From assembly GCA_964016885.1 (NCBI GenBank), contig OZ024740.1, positions 335,110,001 through 335,174,000 of the forward strand: a DNA stretch of 64,000 nt, read 5' to 3'. Source of the DNA: Eledone cirrhosa. Lineage: Eukaryota. Shown in pieces: positions 55,071 to 64,000 of the stretch; positions within the stretch are counted from its first letter, which is position 1; each line of letters starts with the position of its first letter. Under the pieces are notes generated by a model that saw nothing but the letters and a program-made list of their open reading frames with translations, did no database searches and was not told where the DNA came from. Made by a program: the position numbers and the translations under genes.

Positions 55071-55639
55071 TTCACCGTTATTCGAACTGTTTATGTTCGA
55101 TATTTAAACACTCTTATCGAGGATTGGCGATTGTATGTTTACATAGCCATCTGTGGATCCGCCATCCCACTTGGCCCTTGTGTGGCATTATCACCACGCT
55201 GTATACGGACACACATAAACAAACAAACACACGGGCAGAAAGGGCCCCAAAAATGAATAAGCATAAGTTTCATTGTAATGTAGTATTCGAATGTCTGACT
55301 TAGTTTTTGTTTTTTAAGTTTTACTTTTTCCCCCCTCTTCTCTGTCCGTCCGCCTGCTTCTCTCTTCATTCTTATTTTCTTTACGTTTTGGGGGTTTCTT
55401 TTTTTGTTTTTGTTTTTCTCTGTTTTTCTCGTTTTTTACTGTTGTTGCTGTGCTGCTTTTGTTGTTTGTTTTTTCTTTTTTCTTTTGAGTCTATCCATAT
55501 ATTTTGATGCCTTCCTCTTTGTTAGTAGTAGGAATTCTATAATGTGGAAGTGGTAGCCAGCAGAGACTGGCGGCGTTGGCGATACTGAGACAGTGGTGGT
55601 GGTGATGTCGATACCGAGGCAGTGGTGGCGGTGATGCGA

Positions 55640-56293
55640 CCGTATTACTGTAGTGATGGTGCTGTAGCGGTGGCAGCATCAGTGAAGGAGTCAGGGGGTG
55701 GTGGCGGCGGTGATGGGATAGTGGTGGTAATGATGGCCGTAGTGAGCGGTGGCGGTGAAGGTGAAAATGCTGTTATGTTTAGTGTACACAGATGATGGGG
55801 TGGGTGGTGTATCTAGTTTCTGGTGTTGGTGAGTTTCGCTGTCCTATATAGTGTAGCCAGAGGAGAGGAGGAGGGGGGGGGGGGTGTTCTTCTTCTTCCA
55901 TTTATAGCCATTTTATTATTTTTTTTTTTGGATATACAGTGTACAATACAAAGTTGAATATTTGAATATTTGAGCCGTATTACTGTAGTGATGGTGCTGT
56001 AGCGGTGGCAGCAGCAGTGAAGGAGTCAAGGGGTGGTGGCGGCGGTGATGGGATAGTGGTGGTAATGATGGCCGTAGTGAGCGGTGGCGGTGAAGGTGAA
56101 AATGCTGTTGTGTTTAGTGTACACAGATGATGGGGTGGGTGGTGTATCTAGTTTCTGGTGTTGGTGAGTTTAGCTGTCCTATATAGTGTAGCCAGAGGAG
56201 AGGAGGGGGGGGGTTCTTCTTCTTCCATTTATAGCCATTTTTTTTTTTTGGGGATATACAGTGTACAATACAAAGTTGAATATTTGAATATTT
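55640..56293. repeat. ~335-bp tandem duplication
   Basis: 55640-55971 is repeated at 55975-56293. Confidence 0.9.
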
Positions 56294-56464
56294 CAGCCTT
56301 ATAACAATATATTTTGGGTCCGAATTTTTTTGGGGCTCAAGCCGGGTGCTTTACGTAGCATTTGTACTAAGAGTTGTTATTTCACAAATGATTTAAATAT
56401 GTTAAAAATTCAAAACTTACGGGAGCGATTTCATGACCTCCGTCACCTCGTGCGTCTTCTTCCC

Positions 56465-56520
<56 letters not shown>

Positions 56521-56527
56521 GTTATTA

Positions 56528-57035
56528 CTCTTTGAGTCTCAGTCATTGATGTTAGTTAACTGGAAAGTTTGTTGAAATGGATATCAAGCCACTACCTGCA
56601 GCCTCAGATATTCAGGACGTATCGGAGGCATGCCTTTTGAAGCGTTCCAAAAAGCGTGAAGGGGCCAATTTTCTTTAACCATCCTTGGAAACTTTTTGAG
56701 ATCGTCCCTGGTGCGCCTATGACAATCGGGATCACTTTGACTTCATGGCAGTTCCAAATCCTTTTTACCTCCCACCTTAAGTTCTGGTATCGGTTAATTT
56801 TCTCCCTCTCCTTCTCTTGCACTCTCGTGTCGAATGGGCAGGCCACATCCACAATCAGGCACGATCTTTTTTCTTTGTCCAACACCACCAGGTCAGGTCT
56901 ATTGTGTTCTAGTTTCTTGTCCGTCTGTATCCTAAAATCTCACAGCACCTTCACCTAATCGTTTTCTATCACCGCCTCTGGCTTATGCTCATACCACTTC
57001 TCAGAATGTGGTAAATTGTTTACTTTGCATAGGTG
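56528..57035 (-). mobile_element. 5'-truncated copy of the same Dong-like LINE
   Basis: Close match to 51604-52130 (RLE C-terminus + 3' UTR); (TTA)n on both sides. Confidence 0.92.
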
Positions 57036-57089
<54 letters not shown>

Positions 57090-57300
57090 ATATTTATTTT
57101 TCAGTTTGTATCTAATATTTTAATTCTGATATTAGCAGGTTGCTCTCAGAACACATTCCGTTGGTGATTTATTAATATACTGAACATTTTTGTTTTATTC
57201 ATTAAAAATAATTTCCCTCGTGTAATATTATCAGCGTCAGGAACAGCAGCAGCATCAACAACAACAGTGGTGTTGGTAGTTGTAGTACTACTACTACTAC

Positions 57301-57348
<48 letters not shown>

Positions 57349-57983
57349 CAGAGCAGCAGTAGTATTCATCGTTGCTGATGTTGTTGCTGCATTGCTTTGT
57401 GGTAGTATAAGTAGCTGTATTGCTTCAATTGTGGTTGTAGTGTTTGTAGTTGTAGTATTAAGAGCTTAGGTTTTGTGAATGTAAGTATTTCAAGAAACCG
57501 AATTGAGGCAGTAGAACGTCTGATTCAATGTCTTTTGGAACTCGTTCAGATCCATGCGCTCTGAAGTCAACTTGCTTTCCTTCCATTCGAGGTCGATAAA
57601 TAAATTTAAAAAAATAATGGGGGAAATTTTGTCTCTATATCACTTTCTCACTTCCTCTATATATTCTATAAATATATTGGTGGCGGAGGGGGGGGGGGTT
57701 ATCCCAAAATATGAAGAACTATATAGAACTGTAAGGTAATTTTCCAAAACTTTTCGCATTATTAAATGTCGAACATTTACCTTCGAATTCACATTGTGGT
57801 AACCTTCAAACAAAACACTATGTTCTTCACATTTCACAATGCTTCAATCAACCTAAAGAACCTCTTATACATACATACATACATACATACACACATACAT
57901 ACATACATACATACATACATACATACATACATACATACATACATACATACATACATACATACATACATACATACATACATACA

Positions 57984-58059
57984 TTCTTTTCTTTTACAAC
58001 CTTGCCACCAGGAAGGTGGCCGGTCAAAAAATATACTCAAAATTAAGAGAAAGAGAAAA
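57984..58059 (+). mobile_element. RB 3' UTR-only micro-insertion
   Basis: 76 bp matching the RB 3' terminus, embedded in pure (CATA)n. Confidence 0.85.
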
Positions 58060-58113
58060 CATACATACATACATACATACATACATACATACATACATAC
58101 ATACATACATACA

Positions 58114-60192
58114 TCACAACATCATAACACCTGAGCAAGCTGGTGGAAAGAGGGAGGTGTGGGGTTGCATAGATCACCTACTAACTTATAAAATGATTCA
58201 AAAAAAACAACAAAGAATCGCAGAAACATGACTGTGGTGTGGCTGGACTATCAAAGAAGCATTTGATAGTGTACCTCATGGGTGGATTATTAAGGCTTTA
58301 CAGTTAGCCAAAGTCCCACAACCATTGGTAGCTGCTGTTGAACGCCTGACCAAGAACTGGTACACCAATTTGATCCTTAGAGGTGAGAAGGAGCAAGTTA
58401 AGGCTGATAAGATACATTACCAGAAGGGCATCTTTCAGAGTAGCCTGATAAGATACATTACCAGAAGGGCATCTTTCAGAGTAGCCTGTCAGTGCTACTC
58501 TTCGTTCTCTCACTGAATCCACTATCTTACCTACTCAGGAAACAAGGTGGATAAAGAAGTGGGTCCAGAAGTATCTCCCATCTTTTCTTTGTTGATGACC
58601 TGAAGTTGTATGGGCCAAATATCAATGACATCAAGAAACAATTGGACCTCATTACACAATTTTCAACCGACATCAAAATGAAATTTGGTGAGTCCAAAGT
58701 GCATATTTGGTAGTAAAACGTGGAAGATCTATGTCCTCCTCTAGAAATCTAGAGATGAACGGCCTGACAATACAACCTCTACAGTCAGGTGAAAACTACA
58801 GATATCTTGGACAGGATGAGAATGTCAGATATGATGGACCCATATATAAGGAGAGAACCAGAACTGAATACCTCAAAATTGTAAAGAAAATATGGTCATC
58901 AGAACTGTCAGCGTACAACAAATACATTGCCCGCAATACTTATGTTGTGCCAATTCTAACACCAACATTTGGCCTGCTGAACTGGTCATTGCAAGAACTA
59001 AGTGAGATGGATGATAGAACTCGCAAACTTCTCAGTGTTACTGGGAACTTTAACATCAATGGTGATGTGGATAGGCTATACTTCTCACGCAAGGAAGGTG
59101 GCTGGGGTCTAAAATCAATATTAACAACATATGAGACCCGGATAGTAACACAGAAGCAACACCTTCAACAGAGGGAAAAGGTTGGCAACCATCTTGCCCA
59201 GGTTTATGAGCATGAAAAAAAAAATCATTAGAATAGCGACTGATCTGGAGGTGGGATATGGAATAAAGCCTGATATAAATCTCTCACCCAGAGAAATCGG
59301 AAGATCCTATTCAATGTTCAAACAAGATTAAAAAATTGACCAATTTACAGAAAAAGTTGTGCATGGATACTTGAGACGTAAAACACAGACCATAGGGGGG
59401 ATAAACCACTCAAAAAGCCTGGCATTGAGTTCCGACAAATTTATGACATCACACCATGAGGGATATCTCTATGCAATACAGGAACAAGAACTCCCTACCA
59501 AATATCTGCTGCACAAAAGAGGAGGGCCAGCAGCTGACAATAAATGTAGGCTATGTAAAACAAAGATCGAGGATGTAAGCCACATTGTTGCCAGCTGCGA
59601 AAGAATGTCATCTCGCTACTACCTCCCCATGAGACACGATGGGATAGCTAGAACTATCTGGAATGCACTTCGGAAAACAAAATTAACAACAAACGAGGAA
59701 GAATATATTGAGACAGATGGCACTAAGGAATACGAGTGGAACCTGAAAATAAAAACTGCCATCAAATTAAAGCACAGCCGGCCTGATATTGTTGTTTGGG
59801 ACCACAAACGTGTTCGGTTGTGGAGATCAGCTGCCCACTTGATGTAAACGTTGTCAGAAAAATACAGGAGAAGGAGGACATCTACGGACCATTGATGAGG
59901 AGTTTACAAATCCAGTATCCAAGATACACCTTTAGCTTCATACCCATCATTATTAGAGCTACGGGTTATATACCAACCCGCTTGGACCAAAGTATGACTG
60001 AACTTAGATTTGCGGACAAAAAGTGCAGCTCCCTAATTCATAGTCTACAAATGGCTGCGATAGCTGGCAGCTTCAAAATTTGCAAAACATTCTTGCGATT
60101 CAAGGGATGACAATTTCTTTTCTTCTAAAACGTTGCCACCAGGAAGGTGGCTGGTCAAAACAAATATACTCGAAATTAAGAGAAAGAGATAA
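58114..60192 (+). mobile_element. RLE LINE family RB (second CATA-inserted family), 5'-truncated
   Basis: TPEQAGG, FFVDDLKLY, CRLC..HIVASC, RHD, HSRPD, VEISCP; homologous to RA but divergent, with a different 3' UTR; CATA flanks. Confidence 0.92.
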
Positions 60193-60288
60193 CATACACA
60201 CATACATACATAAATACATACATACATACATACATACATACATACATACATACATACATACATACATGCATACATACATACATACATA

Positions 60289-60888
60289 CATGGTGGCTGC
60301 CAACTCGTTTTCGAGTACGGCCACTACTTTATATCCATGTAGGAGAACCCCTACCGATGCGCTGAACTTTTAGTCCAGCCAGCGACTTGAAAACTCTGGT
60401 ACAGACACCACACTTGTGACAATTATTGACACATAGTGCTGGGCCCATGGTACCATGTAACGACATGTGCAGAGAGATCTCCAGATATAAAGCGATGCCT
60501 GTGCCATGAAGCTTTTATAGTGAGCAAAGGCACTGCACAAAGCCAGTCCCACTATCTTAACCAAAATGATATTTACCAAAAAGAAGAAAAAGTCAACATC
60601 ATTGGATACCATCAGGTTTGCAGGTGTTATATCGGAGTTTTCCTTCTCCTAGAATTCTGCCTTGACAAAGGCTAAAGGGTCATCTCTCCCGGTGATTTTG
60701 GATGGCCATTGACTCTTAAGAGCTCCTTTGCTCTTAGACATGTTTTGTTTTTAGTCCTGCAGGATGTCCAAAGTCACTCTCCTCACCAAGAAACTTTGGT
60801 GGGTTTGCCAGTTTACTCGCCAACGACCCGACCATGAGACAGGTTGTACTGGGATACATGTTACCAGTAGCACCAACTGGTGACCAGA
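60289..60888 (-). mobile_element. Non-autonomous RTE-like element, copy 3
   Basis: Homologous to 27943-28543 with the same ends; CATA flanks. Confidence 0.75.
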
Positions 60889-60919
60889 CATATACATACA
60901 TACATACATACATACATAC

Positions 60920-63900
60920 ATTGTGGAAAATACTATCGATAATGATAATCAAAAGTATAAACAATTGAACATTTCCCTCAACGAAATCTTCCAGAGAGAA
61001 ATTAACTCATGTATAAATATCTCTCTGGCTGAACGTGTTAAAATGACAATGGTGAATAAAAAACCAAATAATGAAATACTACGTGTTATTGACGAAATAG
61101 GGGATGAATATTTACGACGGATAAAAACCCCAACATTTTGGCAAATCAACGCCTGTTTATATGCCTTAGCAATGATAGTGAAGCATTATCTTGGTGATAG
61201 CAGATATATTAACAAGAACAAAACACCACCAAAAATAACATCATATATAACTAAAATAGAAAAAAAGAGTGCTGACCTACGAAAAAACATAGGACATGTG
61301 ACAATGCTTCTTACATGCAAACAAACACAAAAACACCTCACTCCTCACCAACAAAGAGTGAAAAATAAAATAGAGACGATGTTTGGTAACAGTAGAACCA
61401 GAACTCTTCAATATAAGCTGATCACCCTCAAACAAGAATTGAGAGCTGTTAGCGAAAAACACCGATACCTGAAGAAGGTAGATAAGAGAAAAATGCTTAA
61501 TAAAAGATTCAAACGAAACCAAACATCAGTCTATAGAGATATGAAGGGCAAAATAATAAGTGTCACTGAGGCCCCATCCCAGAAAGACAGATTCCTTTTG
61601 GAGAAAAATATGGGGTGAAAAGAAGAATTTCAACCAAGATGCAGTGTGGCTAAGAGAAATCCGAAAGAACTATTGCTCCTACACTACAACAAAAACATAC
61701 GAAATAAGTGAGGGTACCCTTGAGACTGTGATAGGAAAACTCCAAGATAAGAAAACACCAGGAAGAGACATGATTGTCGGCTACTGATACAAAAAGCTAA
61801 TATTCTATCGGAGGTATCTTACTGACCTCTACCAACAAGTTCTTAAGGGAGATACACTAATACCAGAATGGTATTAGTGTATCTCTGTGAAAATAATAAC
61901 ATCATCACAGATGAACTAGCAGCTGGAAAGAAAAGGGTTTGGGGATGTGCTGAACAACTCCTAATCAACAAAACTGCGATGTCAGAGGTGCGACAACTTA
62001 GGAGGAATATGGCTACAGTCTGGCTGGACTACAAGAAAGCTTTCGATTATGTTCACCACTCATGGATGATAGAGGCCCTCCAACTTGCTAAAGTCCCAGA
62101 CATTATTGTCAGAGCCATAGAGAGGCTGTCTTCTTCTTGGGCTACTATCCTAAGGTTAAAGACAGAGAGGGAGGACTCTATTTTCACTGATAAAATAAGA
62201 TATTGCAGGGGTATATTTCAGGGGGACAGTCTCTCTGTGATATTGTTCATCTTGTCATTAAACCCCTTGTCCTTTCTGCTCAAGAAATCTGAGGGATACA
62301 TCATTGGATCACAGGAGGACAGAAATACAAACCTAACCCATAACTTCTTTGTGGACGATCTGAAACTCTATGCCAAGAACATGGATGAGATGAAGAAAAA
62401 TCTTGACCTGGTTACAACGTTCTCAAAGGTTGTAGGAATGGAGTTTGGCCAAGATAAATGCTCATACATGACTGTAAAGTGTGGAAAAACAACAACTCAA
62501 TCTAGCAACATTGTCTATCTGTTTCACCGATATCTGATGAGGACTGCTACAGATACCTGGGGATAGATGAGAACATATCCTATAATGGTATCTGTAATAA
62601 AGAACGCGTAACCAGGAAATACTACACCCGATTAAGAAAGATCTGGTCATCGGAACTCTCTGTGCAAAACAAAACAGTGGCTCACAATGTGTTTGCTGTG
62701 CCTGTCCTAACACCAACGTTTGGCATGCGCAATTGGACAATAGACGAAATCCGAGCAGTTGATGTTGGAACTCGAAAAATACTGAATAACACCGGAAACT
62801 TCCACATCAACAGTGACATAGACCGCCTTTACTTGAAATGTAAGCAGGGAGGCACAGGCCTAACATCAGTCCAGACAACATTTGAATGTCGCATCATATC
62901 TCTCCGACAACATCTACGAATCTCGAAACGTAGGAGCCCGCTTCTCGAGCAAGTCTATCTGCATGAAACAGATAAGATCATGAGAGTTGGGAAGGTACTC
63001 CTTGAGAGATATTCCCTGTGTGATAATCAAAAACTCACACCCAGGGATGTCGCTCAGCAGTATCGCAGTGAATCCATGGATGAAAAGCTGCATGCCTATC
63101 AGCAATAAATCATGCATGGATATGTTGCCAGGAAGCTCCAGAGTGAGAGTAATATAGATAAGGAAAGTAGTCTATCTTGGACCAACAACCGCTATATTGG
63201 CTCCCACTTTGAAGGATACGCTTTTGCAATCCAAGAACAGGAGATTAGCACGAAATACCTGATTCACAAACGAGATAGGGATGCAGGCAAAACACCTAGA
63301 TGTGATAACAAGTGCAGACTCTGCAGAACTAACATCGAGGATATCACCCATGTCATCAGCAGCTGCCAAAAGATGTCATCGCGGTACTATCTACCTATGA
63401 GGCATGATGTAGTGGCCAAAACACTGTACAATGCAGTTCGTAAAAAAAATAGCCCCGATAATAAACACATTAAAAGCTACAACAATGTGGAAGACATCCA
63501 TGTACATAATATGAAAGAGTACTGGTGGAATGTTCCAGTAAAAATCCCAATAAAATGCAGGCATAACAGACCAAATATTATGATATGGGACAGAGAGAAG
63601 AAAACATGCACAGTAGTGGAAATTAGCTGCCCAGCAGTTGCAAATATAATATCAAAGATTAGTGAAAAGGAGAATATTTATGCAGAACTGATGAGAAATC
63701 TGCTGATACTCCACCCTGATTACACCTTCAGATTTATGCCTGTGATTATTGGGGCACTGGGATATGTTAGTAACTGCCTCAATACAAATCTTGAGAAGCT
63801 AGGCTTCACAGGAACAGAAATAACACAACTAGTTAGGAAACTACAGGGTACAATCCATTAATGGAACAGTAAAAATATGTAAAACATTCCAAAAATGTTG

Positions 63901-64000
63901 CATCTAATAACTGCATATACACATGTACAGATACAAAGCATATACACATGCACACATACAACTCAAAACATACACATCCACACATACAATAACATGCATA
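60920..64000 (+). mobile_element. RA 5'-truncated defective copy running off the window end
   Basis: ORFs 60923-61618, 61868-62566, 62662-63108 and 63112-63861 are near-identical to the copy at 28871. Confidence 0.95.

Larger units (their letters stand above)
51604..56464 (-). mobile_element. Probable full-length Dong-like (TAA)n-inserted RLE LINE
   Basis: The 3' end abuts (TTA)n at 51581-51603 and the next (TTA)n starts at 56465. The 5' boundary is inferred from that flank and implies a ~1.4 kb 5' UTR. Confidence 0.7.

Noticed and set aside
55140-55260. HDV-like ribozyme at the 5' side of the Dong-like ORF
   Set aside because: A 7-bp pairing exists, but the P1.1, L3 and J4/2 consensus could not be identified.

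Overview
AT-rich, microsatellite-dense eukaryotic DNA, most likely coleoid cephalopod (Octopus-like; inferred from SINE and LINE families). The only host gene found is three phase-0 minus-strand exons (24719-24772, 18731-18889, 17715-17912) encoding part of the amino-terminal domain of an AMPA-like ionotropic glutamate receptor. The rest of the window appears to be intron filled with retroelements sorted by microsatellite type. (CATA)n tracts hold stacked copies of two R4/Dong-like RLE LINE families plus a non-autonomous RTE-like element. (TAA)n holds a Dong-like LINE with an intact 1130-aa ORF. (TA)n tracts hold remnants of several Penelope-like element (PLE) families, seen as short palindromes or partial tandems carrying type I hammerhead ribozyme (HHR) motifs. 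One of these families is anchored by a GIY-YIG endonuclease C-terminus (21326-21619). Highlights: about a dozen intact or degenerate HHR motifs, some sense to the receptor pre-mRNA; a 51-bp satellite built from the 3' tail of an HHR-bearing element; a shared GAGYRCY motif in the tails of unrelated families; and a 485-bp retrozyme-like tandem. All calls were made by eye; no database searches or folding programs were run.
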